NCBI GenBank assembly: GCA_016198685.1
Contig: JACQID010000007.1
Location: 1-64,000 of the forward strand
Reading direction: 5' to 3'
From: Candidatus Aenigmatarchaeota archaeon
GTDB taxonomy: Archaea > Aenigmatarchaeota > Aenigmatarchaeia > GW2011-AR5
DNA: 64,000 nt
This document shows, one piece after another, positions 9,161 to 18,821 of the stretch (within the stretch, counting starts at the first letter, position 1; every line of letters starts with the position of its first letter). A program made the translations under genes and the position numbers. The notes under the pieces are model-generated. The model was not told the DNA's origin and did no database searches. It saw only the letters and a list, made by a program, of their open reading frames with translations.

Positions 9161-10150
9161 ATGAGCATAGAAACCGCAATGGCCGAGAAGGCAGGCCTTA
9201 TTGACAAGGAGCTTGATGCAGTTTTCCCCAAGAATGGCATAGCCAATCTTCAGGAAGCGGTCTGGTATCATATAGGGACCGGCGGCAAGCGCATACGCCC
9301 TGTTTTGGCAATAGCGACTTACGAAGCTCTCGGCGGCAAAGGCGATAAAATACTTCCTTTTGCGGCTGCATGCGAGGTACTGCATGCATGGCTTCTGATA
9401 CACGATGACATTGAGGATGGCGACCGCATGCGCCGGGACAAGCCGACCGTATGGATCAAATATGGAATGCCTCATGCGATAAACATTGGCGACTACATGT
9501 CCCAGAAGATGTATGAGCTAATATTAAGATGCCGCGATCGGGGCATGGATGAAAAGACGGTGTTTCGTCTCATAGATGCCATAGTCACTACTGCGATCAA
9601 AACAGCAGAAGGCCAGACAATGGACATGAACATGCGTTTCACCGAAGCTCCTGCGGAAGAGGAGTATATGAAAACCGTGACTGGCAAGACCGCGCATTAT
9701 CTTACAGTTCCGGCAATAGGCGGGGCAATAGGCGCGGGCGCAGATGAAAAATTAATCCAGAAAATACTCAAATATGGCGAATACGCCGGGCCTGCTTTCC
9801 AGATAGCGGATGATGTTCTTGACATGAGCGAAGGAAAGGGGCGAGGCGAAATAGGAAGGGACATTAAAGAAGGAAAAAGAAGCATAATGGTCGTTCACTG
9901 CCTATCTAGATGCAATGCTGATGAAAAAGAGAAGCTTCTGGCTATTTTGGCGAATGGACCTGAAAAAACAACTGATCACGATGTTCTTTGGGCAAAAGTG
10001 CTTTTCGAGAAGCATGGCTCAATAGAATATGCAAGGGAGAAAGCAAAGAACCTTATAGTAAAGGCGAAGAAAACAACTGAAGATATGCCTGATGGATTGC
10101 GAAACATACTCAATAGCTTTGCAGACTATCTTGTCGAGAGGAAGAAGTAG
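9161..10150 (+). CDS. idsA: Polyprenyl diphosphate synthase (GGPP synthase)
   Basis: GGKRIRP, LIHDDIEDGDRMRR, FQIADDVLD, GRDIKEGK. Confidence 0.9.
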   Translation: MSIETAMAEKAGLIDKELDAVFPKNGIANLQEAVWYHIGTGGKRIRPVLAIATYEALGGKGDKILPFAAACEVLHAWLLIHDDIEDGDRMRRDKPTVWIKYGMPHAINIGDYMSQKMYELILRCRDRGMDEKTVFRLIDAIVTTAIKTAEGQTMDMNMRFTEAPAEEEYMKTVTGKTAHYLTVPAIGGAIGAGADEKLIQKILKYGEYAGPAFQIADDVLDMSEGKGRGEIGRDIKEGKRSIMVVHCLSRCNADEKEKLLAILANGPEKTTDHDVLWAKVLFEKHGSIEYAREKAKNLIVKAKKTTEDMPDGLRNILNSFADYLVERKK

Positions 10151-10207
10151 GGCGAATACCCTATAATTTCTCTGAATTATAAATATGAGAAATGCCTAAG
10201 TGTATTC

Positions 10208-10954
10208 ATGAAATGGAATCTTGCTTTTGCTACAATGCTGATTGCATTGGGCGTATTTATCATCAGCGGATGCGTGGCCAATGATGGAGGAAATAACCAA
10301 ACGAATAACACGGACAATGAAACCGTTTACATATATGGCAGCGCCGCAGTGCAGAACGTCAATATTCAGATAACGGAATCTTTTCCTGTGCAAATTCGCG
10401 CTATAGCCGAGGGGTATCTTCCAGATGGATGCACTCAGATTGATAATATCAGTCAAACCAGAGAAGGGAATGCGTTTCTTATAAACATAACAACGAAAAG
10501 ACCTGCAGAGGCAATATGCACACAGGCATTGGCGCCTTTTGAAGAATTGATCAATCTCAATGCAGAAAACCTGCCTGCTGGCAATTATACTGTTAACGTT
10601 AATGGAATTCAAGCAGGCTTTGAGCTTGGAACCAACAATTCTATTTCAGAGATTCATGATGTGGCCATAACAAATGTAAGCATAGGGGAATACAATACTA
10701 CTACACAGGAAATTCCTGTTTTCATAAAAGGCCAGTACGGCGGGAGCAGCTGCACAACGCTCAATGACATAGAGGTAATTTCGCAGGGAATGCAATTTAT
10801 CGTCAACGTGACATATACAAAGCACAGCGAAACATGCACAAAGGACCTAATGTTAATGAATAAAACCGTGTACCTTGACATGTCGCAGTCCGTTCAGGGA
10901 ACATATAGCGTGAACGTGAACGGCGAGCAAATGGCATTTGCATTTTCGGGCTGA
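10208..10954 (+). CDS. Secreted lipoprotein with two tandem beta-rich repeats
   Basis: Lipobox IISGC; repeats GYLPDGCT...CTQAL...YTVNVNG and GQYGGSSCT...CTKDL...YSVNVNG. Confidence 0.75.
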   Translation: MKWNLAFATMLIALGVFIISGCVANDGGNNQTNNTDNETVYIYGSAAVQNVNIQITESFPVQIRAIAEGYLPDGCTQIDNISQTREGNAFLINITTKRPAEAICTQALAPFEELINLNAENLPAGNYTVNVNGIQAGFELGTNNSISEIHDVAITNVSIGEYNTTTQEIPVFIKGQYGGSSCTTLNDIEVISQGMQFIVNVTYTKHSETCTKDLMLMNKTVYLDMSQSVQGTYSVNVNGEQMAFAFSG

Positions 10955-10996
10955 GTTCAAGAAAACGACTTAAAGATAAGGTTTTTCTTTATAGGC

Positions 10997-11461
10997 ATGA
11001 GAATGCCAAAATGGCTGATATATGCCGCAGGAGTCCCTCTCATCTATGCAGGGAGTATGCTATGCAATGCGGCTGTGGATGATTACATGCGGCGGGAGGA
11101 AAACGGAATTGTGCACGATGAGGTAACTCCTTTTGGCGAGTGCATAAAATTGACGGGAATGGAGAGGCTCGGTAACGGAGGTACATTCTCCCTGAAGGAG
11201 ATGGATAATGGAAAGCCTGTAGATGTTGCAAGATACAGGGTTCGCATAGTTCCGGATCGGGAACCGCCGGTTTGGCTGGTTCAGGAATACTCGCGGTTTT
11301 CCCGGTTGAACATGGAGAAGATTGGCGAGGGAATCTCATTGGTTGCCGGCGTGAACAGGCACGGGGATAAAAGGGAATATATAATCACCGCCGATCATTC
11401 AGGCGATAAAGTGGTCATAGGCTTCGCCCCGCTTCGTTGCACGGACTTTTCTGGCTACTGA
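10997..11461 (+). CDS. Hypothetical membrane-anchored protein, paralog of 19310..19834
   Basis: N-terminal hydrophobic segment; shared motif C...L..G..F.LK....G.PVD. Confidence 0.55.
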   Translation: MRMPKWLIYAAGVPLIYAGSMLCNAAVDDYMRREENGIVHDEVTPFGECIKLTGMERLGNGGTFSLKEMDNGKPVDVARYRVRIVPDREPPVWLVQEYSRFSRLNMEKIGEGISLVAGVNRHGDKREYIITADHSGDKVVIGFAPLRCTDFSGY

Positions 11462-12051
11462 AGATTAGGCTTCTGGACCTTCCTTATTCCGAGGATGAGG
11501 ACAATTGCCCTTAAAAGAAAGACAAAGAGTATGAAAGCCATGGCAGCGATGCCTGTCGTTCTTGAGAAGAATACACCGCCTTCAAGCAACGCTACATGAA
11601 ATATCATGGCTGCCATCGCAATGTATCCCGTCCTCTGAAGGCTTTTCCAGTTCTCATATCCCAGAGTGGCTATCCATTTGCCCGTGGACGTGATCGCCAT
11701 CAGGGTAAATATCATGAATGCGACTGCAGCAAACGCCATCGATGCTCCGTCAGCAAGCGTCATCTCTCGGCTGTTTTGAAGAAGCACCATGGGGACAAGC
11801 GCAAGATGCACGGACGCCAAGACGTAGCCCCACAGGCCGAACGTCTTCCGGTACTGCAGATCCTCCCGCAAGGCAGGAACGAAGCGTGCTATCGGTCCCA
11901 GAAGAAACGACATCCCTATGATGAAGACGGCCGAGAACGCAGCTATCGCATTAAGATAATTGATGCCAAAAGGCCGCCCCAGGCTGAAGAAATAATACCA
12001 TGACAGCATGAGCACAACGAATGCTGATATTATATGCGGCACTCTTTGCAT
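11455..12051 (-). CDS. Ferric reductase-like (MsrQ/YedZ-type) heme membrane protein
   Basis: RKTFGL...VH and WKSLQRTGY...FH; start reset to MQRVPH at 12051. Confidence 0.75.
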   Translation of the reverse strand: MQRVPHIISAFVVLMLSWYYFFSLGRPFGINYLNAIAAFSAVFIIGMSFLLGPIARFVPALREDLQYRKTFGLWGYVLASVHLALVPMVLLQNSREMTLADGASMAFAAVAFMIFTLMAITSTGKWIATLGYENWKSLQRTGYIAMAAMIFHVALLEGGVFFSRTTGIAAMAFILFVFLLRAIVLILGIRKVQKPNLQ

Positions 12052-12121
12052 TTTGATAATTGCGCAAGGCAGGATATAAGCGTTGTTTAAGCCATAAAAC
12101 CTTTCTTCCGAAGTAATAGTT

Positions 12122-14266
12122 ATGCTTGTGAAAGACCTGCCTTTGCCAGAGAAAGCTCTGGCCGTGCTATCCGAGGAAGCCGAGACGCTGAACCCCCCGC
12201 AGGAACTTGCGATAAAAGCAGGGCTGCTTGAAGGCAAAAACATAGTTGTAGCCGCGCCCACGGCTTCGGGAAAAACGCTGATAGCCGAGATGGCATTTCT
12301 CAGGCACTTCCTTTCCGGCGGCAAGTCTGTGTATCTTGTCCCGCTAAAGGCACTGGGATCCGAGAAATACGACGAGTTCAAGAAACGGTACGAGAAGATC
12401 GGGATGAAGGTAGCCATTTCCGTCGGCGATATGGATTCGGAAGACATGTGGCTCAGGAACTATGACTTAATAATTGCGAGCAACGAGAAGATGGATTCTC
12501 TTCTCAGGCACAGGGCGGCATGGGTTCGGGACTTGACGCTCGTGATCTCAGATGAAGTTCATCTGCTTGATGATTCGTCGCGTGGGCCAACTCTTGAAAT
12601 GGTTCTTACGCGTTTGCGCGCCGAATCAAACGCCCAGATACTTGCACTTTCTGCCACAATAAAGAACGCCTCGGAAATCGCAGGATGGCTTTCTGCCGAG
12701 CTTGTCAAAAGCGATTACCGTCCGGTGAAACTCAGGAAAGGGGTATTTCTTGATAACTGCATCCACTTTGATAAAGAAAAAATCGCCATAAGCAACACGC
12801 ACAAAGAGGAGTTTGCCCTTTGCAGGGACACGCTTGATAAGGAGAAGCAGGCGCTTGTTTTTGTTTCAACACGGCGAAGCGCCGAAGCCGAGGCTGAAAA
12901 AATAGCTGGCAAAATTCCTGTGACAAATAGCGCGCTTGAGAAGATAGCAAGCGACATAGAGCATGCCCTGCCCTCGCCGACAAAGCAGTGCAGGCGCCTT
13001 GCAACTATAGTAAGAAAAGGCAGCGCCTTCCATCATGCGGGCCTTGTCGCAAAGCAAAGAAAATTGATAGAGGACAATTTCCGTTCAGGAAAGATAAAAT
13101 TCATAACAGCGACGACGAGTCTTGCCTTCGGCCTAAACCTGCCTGCAAGCCGCGTTATAGTAAGAGACACCAAGCGGTACACAAAATACGGTATGGATTT
13201 CATACCTAACATAGAAATTCAGCAGATGTTTGGACGGGCAGGGCGTCCTCGCTACGACAAGGAAGGGGAGGCAATACTTCTGGCGAAGAGTGAAGCGGAA
13301 AAAAGCGCCATGGAAGAGCGCTACATAAACGGCGAAACCGAGAACATTTATTCCAAGCTTTCGGTTGAGCCCGTGCTGAGGATGCACGTTTTGGCTCTTG
13401 TGGCATCAAACTTCGCAACCTCCAAAAGCCAGCTGCGGAACTTCTTCTCAAAGACTTTCTTTGCCCACCAGTACGGCGATATCGAAGACGTCATGACCAA
13501 GATAGAGAAAGTTTTGCGCATACTGAAGGATTTCGGTTTCATAAAATCCTCTGGCGAGGCCGCAACGCTAGGCGAGTTCATGCCCGCTTTCGAATTGAAT
13601 ACAGATCCTGCTATTGAGGCAACGGCTCTGGGCAAGCGCGTGGCTGAGCTTTACATAGATCCGCTTTCGGCGAGTCACCTGATAAAGAACGTGCAAAAGA
13701 AATCGGCTCTTGAATACCTCATGGCTATCAATCATTGCGCCGAGATGATGCCTCTTCTGCGCGTCAGGCAGAAGGAAGCCGAGGACATAGAGGTTGCGCT
13801 TGAGAGTTCCGGCCTTGTGACACCGGACGCATGGGATATGGATTATGAGGATTTCTTGGGCGAATTCAAGACATCTCTCATGTTCCTTGACTGGATGGAT
13901 GAAATTGGCGAGGATGCCCTGCTCGAAAAATATGGAGCTGCGCCAGGAGAAATACATGCAAAGAAGACGAATGCCGGCTGGATGCTTTATGCCGCGCGTG
14001 AGCTTGCAATGACACTCGGCGACAAGGATGCTGCAAAAGAAATAAACAAGGCGCGGCTGCGCGTTGTCTACGGCGTCAGGGAAGACCTTTTGCGCCTGGT
14101 TCTTGTGAAGGGCATAGGACGGTCGCGCGCCCGCAAGCTGCATAGGAACGGAATCCGGGGGATGGCTGACATAAAGAACAATACTGCGAAGGTTGCCGAG
14201 ATACTGGGAACTAAAATTACAGAGAAAATCATGCAGGAGATTTCCAGGGGCAGGTATTCCGATTAA
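12122..14266 (+). CDS. hel308: Hel308/Ski2-like DNA helicase
   Basis: APTASGKT, EKMDSLLRH, DEVH, LSAT, QMFGRAGRP, C-terminal HhH. Confidence 0.92.
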   Translation: MLVKDLPLPEKALAVLSEEAETLNPPQELAIKAGLLEGKNIVVAAPTASGKTLIAEMAFLRHFLSGGKSVYLVPLKALGSEKYDEFKKRYEKIGMKVAISVGDMDSEDMWLRNYDLIIASNEKMDSLLRHRAAWVRDLTLVISDEVHLLDDSSRGPTLEMVLTRLRAESNAQILALSATIKNASEIAGWLSAELVKSDYRPVKLRKGVFLDNCIHFDKEKIAISNTHKEEFALCRDTLDKEKQALVFVSTRRSAEAEAEKIAGKIPVTNSALEKIASDIEHALPSPTKQCRRLATIVRKGSAFHHAGLVAKQRKLIEDNFRSGKIKFITATTSLAFGLNLPASRVIVRDTKRYTKYGMDFIPNIEIQQMFGRAGRPRYDKEGEAILLAKSEAEKSAMEERYINGETENIYSKLSVEPVLRMHVLALVASNFATSKSQLRNFFSKTFFAHQYGDIEDVMTKIEKVLRILKDFGFIKSSGEAATLGEFMPAFELNTDPAIEATALGKRVAELYIDPLSASHLIKNVQKKSALEYLMAINHCAEMMPLLRVRQKEAEDIEVALESSGLVTPDAWDMDYEDFLGEFKTSLMFLDWMDEIGEDALLEKYGAAPGEIHAKKTNAGWMLYAARELAMTLGDKDAAKEINKARLRVVYGVREDLLRLVLVKGIGRSRARKLHRNGIRGMADIKNNTAKVAEILGTKITEKIMQEISRGRYSD

Positions 14267-14342
14267 GAGGCCGGCGAATGAATCGGCCTATATATAATTT
14301 TACTGTAAAATAACTCCGTTTAAGATTCTGGAGCGCAACAGC

Positions 14343-14801
14343 ATGCTTGATGAAGTGATGAAGAATTACCGTCTGGGAGAGATGGCGGAAAAATGCGATT
14401 CCCTGAGTTCTTCCGCGACGATTGCCGATTTCGTCAAGCTGGCCCGCCAGAAGAACATGGAAGTCATGCCCATCGTCGGCGAGGACGGAAAGCTGGTCGG
14501 GATAGTGACCGAAAAGGACCTGATAAAGCTCATGAAAGTCGAAGGCGCATCTTCTAACTATCCCATAATAGAAAGAAAATTACCCAGGGAAATCCTGGCG
14601 GAATCGATAAGCTCCATAATGACGCAGGATCCTGTGACGCTCAAGGAAACCGATACGATGGAAGACGCGCTTAACATGATACTCAATCACGATTTTAGAA
14701 GGATAATAATAGTGGATTCTGAAGGCAAGCTGATAGGGAAGATAAGGATAGTGGACATAATCCATAATCTTTCTAAAGAAGAGGAAAAGACCGAGAAATA
14801 A
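14343..14801 (+). CDS. CBS-pair protein
   Basis: MPIVGEDGKLVGIVTEKDL and IIIVDSEGKLIGKI. Confidence 0.88.
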   Translation: MLDEVMKNYRLGEMAEKCDSLSSSATIADFVKLARQKNMEVMPIVGEDGKLVGIVTEKDLIKLMKVEGASSNYPIIERKLPREILAESISSIMTQDPVTLKETDTMEDALNMILNHDFRRIIIVDSEGKLIGKIRIVDIIHNLSKEEEKTEK

Positions 14802-14827
14802 AGCGATGCTGTACATGGGGTGTGTGA

Positions 14828-15982
14828 ATGGCCGAACTCTTCCTGTCACTTGCTATATTATTATTATCAGCCAAGCTGCTTGGGGAGATATTCGAGCGGC
14901 TTAATCTTTCTTCCCTTGTAGGCGAGATCACTGCAGGAATAATCGTAGGCCCGCTTCTTGGCGTGATAGTGCCGTCTGAAGAGCTGAAATTGATTACGGA
15001 TTTTGGAATAATCTTCATGCTTTTCCTCATAGGCCTGTCCACCAAGTTCGATGAAGTCAAGGGCAACATGTATGTCGGCATAGCTCTTGCGGCTGCCGGC
15101 TGCATGCTTGCGTTTGCCGGCGGGCTGATTGTGGGCAATGTGTTCTTCGGCAGCATGGAAGCCGGAATCATACTCGGGGTTGCGGTCATTTCAACAAGCA
15201 CTGCGATAACGCTGCGGTCCCTTGCCGATATAGGGGAATTCCAGTCGCGGCCCTACAAGCTCGCGCTTGCCGTGGACATAGCCGATGAGGTGATAGCAAT
15301 ACTGGCTTTGGCATTGCTCACAACTTACTTCACTGTCGGAATAGTGAAGCCGTGGGAAACGGTGTCGCTGTTCTTTGTCATCCTCGGATTTTTCTTCTTT
15401 GTATTGACCGCGGGTTCGTCGATAGCCCGCAAGCTCCTCTCTGCGTTCCGCGGCATGAGGGATGAGCAGATAATGGTGTCGGTGCCGCTTGTCGTGTTGT
15501 TCGTCACGGCGTTTGTCAGCGAGCATGTGGGAATAGCCGCAGTAACCGGCGCGTTCCTTGCAGGCGTGGCCCTGAACAAGTCCCCGCTGGTCGAGCCGCT
15601 CGTGCTGCCGAAGATAAAAGCCATATCCTACGGCTTCTTCATACCGATATTCTTCGCCTACTCTGCAGTGCTTCTTGACTTAGCTTCGGTTGTGCAGTTC
15701 CTTCCGGTCATAGCCGCACTTGTCCTCATTGTTTCCATAGGCAAGGTCATAGGATGCGGGCTCATAGCAGGGCTCTTCGGCTACAACGAGCATGAGCAGA
15801 AGGTCATCGGCATAGGGATGATACCGCATGGCGAATACAGCATAGTCATGGCGCAGCTCGCCCTGGTTGCAGGTTTCATCGAGGCAGACATGTATACCGT
15901 CGTCATAGCGTTCGTGATACTGAGCATCGTGATAACGCCGGTGCTCCTGCGCTGGTTCACCCGCAGGCCGGGCAGGCGGTAG
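14828..15982 (+). CDS. CPA2 cation:proton antiporter
   Basis: VGEITAGIIVGP, STSTAIT, AFLAG, GMIPHGE; about 12 TM helices. Confidence 0.88.
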   Translation: MAELFLSLAILLLSAKLLGEIFERLNLSSLVGEITAGIIVGPLLGVIVPSEELKLITDFGIIFMLFLIGLSTKFDEVKGNMYVGIALAAAGCMLAFAGGLIVGNVFFGSMEAGIILGVAVISTSTAITLRSLADIGEFQSRPYKLALAVDIADEVIAILALALLTTYFTVGIVKPWETVSLFFVILGFFFFVLTAGSSIARKLLSAFRGMRDEQIMVSVPLVVLFVTAFVSEHVGIAAVTGAFLAGVALNKSPLVEPLVLPKIKAISYGFFIPIFFAYSAVLLDLASVVQFLPVIAALVLIVSIGKVIGCGLIAGLFGYNEHEQKVIGIGMIPHGEYSIVMAQLALVAGFIEADMYTVVIAFVILSIVITPVLLRWFTRRPGRR

Positions 15983-16105
15983 CCGCTTTTATAGTGAAAG
16001 ATGCCGCATAATTAGGGAATATTATTGTTTCGCATATAGTGACGGAATTGTAGCCTATTTATTTTCTTCTGGCATTATAACCTTTCCCATAGCAATGATT
16101 GTGAA

Positions 16106-16251
16106 GGGTCTGTAGTCTAGCTTGGTAGGATCGGGCCTTCGGGATGCGCAGGGATTCGGTTTCCCGTCTTGGGATTCCTTCCCGAGGATATGAGTCATAT
16201 TCGCGCGCATAGAAATAGGCTCAGACGGGAGTTCAAATCTCCCCGGACCCA
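16106..16251 (+). tRNA. tRNA-Pro(CGG) with 73-nt intron at 37/38 (16144-16216)
   Basis: Acceptor GGGTCTG/CGGACCC, anticodon stem GGGCC/GGCTC, anticodon CGG at 16140-16142, T-arm GGGAG-TTCAAAT-CTCCC. Confidence 0.88.
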
Positions 16252-16321
16252 TACTCAATTGGGGGTATATATAGTAGGGTGAAAATTGAACGTTTTTAAG
16301 ACTTCAGCATAGAGTACACTA

Positions 16322-16744
16322 ATGGGTAAGTTAAACACACTCGCAAAAATTGCTGAATTTATATTCGACAATTACGAGAATGAAAGAACGCTTGAAATTA
16401 ATCTAAGACAAAAATTTAGAAATGAATACCAAGTTTTTGTGTTATGGGCTGCTATGAATACAGACCATGCTTTTGCCTTTAAGGATAATGATACAGGCGG
16501 TCATATAAAACTCAATCAAGCTGGCATCAAAGAAATGGTTAAATTGTTGAATATACAGTTCAACCAAAGATATAGTATTATAATAATCGCACTTACACTT
16601 CTCTTGACTATAGGGGGTATTTGGCAGATAGGAAAGGACATTCTTCCGACAGATTATCTAGTAGGTGGGGGTATAATGCTACTAGTTATTATCGTTTTTG
16701 TTATCTTGGCTAGTATTTACAGATTGAACAGAGACGGGTCTTAA
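16322..16744 (+). CDS. Hypothetical protein with two C-terminal TM helices (island cargo)
   Basis: AT-rich ORF with hydrophobic C-terminus. Confidence 0.6.
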   Translation: MGKLNTLAKIAEFIFDNYENERTLEINLRQKFRNEYQVFVLWAAMNTDHAFAFKDNDTGGHIKLNQAGIKEMVKLLNIQFNQRYSIIIIALTLLLTIGGIWQIGKDILPTDYLVGGGIMLLVIIVFVILASIYRLNRDGS

Positions 16745-16829
16745 ATGTTTTTTTTGGCTAAGCATGAAAATATTGAGGGGGAATACCTTCAGTAAATGTA
16801 CGATGCAAATAATTAAAAATACTCATTTC

Positions 16830-18017
16830 TCAATAAAGTTCTTTCAATACTATAAAATACGAATTCATTATAGCCTGTTTTATTTCTTCGTATTTCTCCA
16901 CAAAAATGTCTAACGTTTCTACAGTATGCCCACCATGATTTCTCAACCCCCATATTAAAATCAAGCTTAGGAGTTCTTTTGGTACAGTTATTGAATTATG
17001 TGTGTAAGAAGGAGATAAACAGTTATTTATAGCACTTTCTACGTTGTTTTCAAAGTCTAACGATTTATAAATATTTTGGGCATTGTTAATAGAAAAATTA
17101 TTTCTAGCTATTTTTATTATACTATCACTTATATACTGTTTTCCAGTTTTGTGATTTAAAATTTTGTCTATTATAAGACAAAAATTGAATATCATATCAA
17201 CATTTCGTAGCTTTGAGAATATGTTATTTTCCAATTCTTTTCTTTTTAAAACGTTTTGATAAACGACAGTGAATAGATTATAAACAAAAAAGAATTTTTC
17301 GTTTTCTATATCAGTATTTTCTAAGAACTTGGTCTGAAACTCGTTCAAACTTGTTTTATATTTAAAACCAGAGCTATTGAAATTATCTATAAATTTCTGT
17401 AATTCTTTATTAGCCTCAATTACATAGTCGTATGCAGCGTTTTTCGTCTGTTTTATGTTTACTGTACAAAAGGAATATGCTGGCATTCCTTTATATAGGT
17501 TTATTTGCCCTATCTGTCTGCAATATCGTTTATCCTCTTCTATTGCATTATAAACCATAAGAAATCCCGCATCTACATTACCCTGCATTAGTTGTGTTAA
17601 CCCTAAAAAGAAATAAGGAGTTCCTTTATGTATTTGAGCCCTATTCTTCTCTTCCCAAGAAAAAACAATTCTACATATATGTTGTAGTAACTCAGTTCCT
17701 AGCATATGTCTTCTATGAATGAGGTAGTATTCCCATAGAAAAAGAGTTTGTCCAAACACGTAATCTGAAAGATTTTTTCCTAATATAAAATCTTTTCTAT
17801 CTATTATCACTTTTATAGTATCAAAAAGCTTATGGCATATTGTTTCAAATTCTGGTGCTATATAAAGCATGTTTACGGCATTATAGTTAGACTCGCTGAA
17901 TAGTTTTGACAAATCTTTGAAGTTATTACCATCTACAAACACATCAATTATAGCTTGGTCGGCTTCGCCATATTGAATTTTTATATTACCTATATTTTCA
18001 GTTATGATAGTAGCCAT
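16830..18017 (-). CDS. Hypothetical protein with C-terminal HEPN-like RxxxxH motif
   Basis: LRNHGGH at 16926-16943; ATG overlaps the Cas1 stop (TAATG). Confidence 0.6.
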   Translation of the reverse strand: MATIITENIGNIKIQYGEADQAIIDVFVDGNNFKDLSKLFSESNYNAVNMLYIAPEFETICHKLFDTIKVIIDRKDFILGKNLSDYVFGQTLFLWEYYLIHRRHMLGTELLQHICRIVFSWEEKNRAQIHKGTPYFFLGLTQLMQGNVDAGFLMVYNAIEEDKRYCRQIGQINLYKGMPAYSFCTVNIKQTKNAAYDYVIEANKELQKFIDNFNSSGFKYKTSLNEFQTKFLENTDIENEKFFFVYNLFTVVYQNVLKRKELENNIFSKLRNVDMIFNFCLIIDKILNHKTGKQYISDSIIKIARNNFSINNAQNIYKSLDFENNVESAINNCLSPSYTHNSITVPKELLSLILIWGLRNHGGHTVETLDIFVEKYEEIKQAIMNSYFIVLKELY

Positions 18018-18622
18018 TATACCAACTTCTCCCTAACCTTAGGATATAACTTAAACGGTTTAGAAGCTTTCGCCTGCGTCTTCAAATAATGCAACGTACT
18101 CCTGTTCAATTCATATTTGTCCAATTCAGAATACGAAATCCCCAATATCTTCTGCCTGAGCTCGTAGTCATCCTCTCTGGTTAACGCCAGTATAGGTTGA
18201 GAAAAGTCCAGCTTCTTGTGTTTGCCCTGCAAGAATAAAGCAAGCTCATTAGCCTTCAGAAGAATAACATATGCCCACTGCCTGTTGCCGTCCCTGTAAG
18301 GCACGGTCATGCTCATAACCTTCTCTATTTCTTCCGTGAGTTTTTTAGCCCCAGAAGGCTTCAGCCGAATGTTATAGTTCTCTGTCCGTATGAAGTCCTT
18401 TTTATCAAACAGTTTCTTTTCTAGTACGTTGATGACCGCAATATCTATAAGGCATCTGAAGGGTTCTTGAAGGTCGTAGACCAAAGGTGTTTTGCCTTGA
18501 GTCACTTCATGCAGAAATCCTACATGTGTATCCATGCCAGTCGTGTTTATCGCTTTCCTACAATGGCTTTCCAGTATTCCATAGCCATAGTTGAACAAAG
18601 CGTTGATAGGGTGATTCTTTGC
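18017..18622 (-). pseudogene. cas1: N-terminally truncated Cas1-solo (casposase-type) with C-terminal HTH extension
   Basis: NHPINALFNYGYG, VGFLHE, PLVYDLQEPFR; C-terminal LRQKIL...STLHYLK...KPFKL; in-frame stop at 18623-18625 just upstream. Confidence 0.8.
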
Positions 18623-18641
18623 TTAAATATGCACTTCTTGA

Positions 18642-18764
18642 TTATTTCTTCTTCCAAAGCGTTACATTCCCAGAACTGATTTTCTCAACTTTACCATTTT
18701 TCAGAAAGTCTTCCAAAACGTAATGCAAGGATACGAATTCACAGATTTGTTCGCCATGGTTCAT
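18642..18764 (-). pseudogene. Possible wHTH C-terminal remnant (40 aa)
   Basis: Hand translation ...LEDFLKNGKVEKISSGNVTLWKKK, wing-like. Confidence 0.3.
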
Positions 18765-18821
18765 ATGTAATCGAATAATCAAACTTTTTAACTTATTTTC
18801 TTAGATTATGTCGAGAGAAGT

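Larger units (their letters stand above)
16262..18764. mobile_element. Casposon-like remnant inserted at the 3' end of tRNA-Pro
   Basis: AT-rich island with a truncated Cas1 casposase; GGGGTATATATAG begins 10 nt after the tRNA; right end, target-site duplication copy and polB not seen. Confidence 0.55.

Noticed and set aside
11455-12447. 330-aa version of the ferric reductase-like ORF
   Set aside because: The N-terminal extension overlaps hel308 antisense; the likely start is 12051.
16106-16251. Reading this tRNA as Arg(TCG)
   Set aside because: The anticodon stem pairs fully only in the CGG register (GGGCC/GGCTC); D-loop and G37 fit Pro.
16055-16258. 67-aa minus-strand ORF, and likewise 36874..37131
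   Set aside because: These are antisense shadows of tRNA genes.
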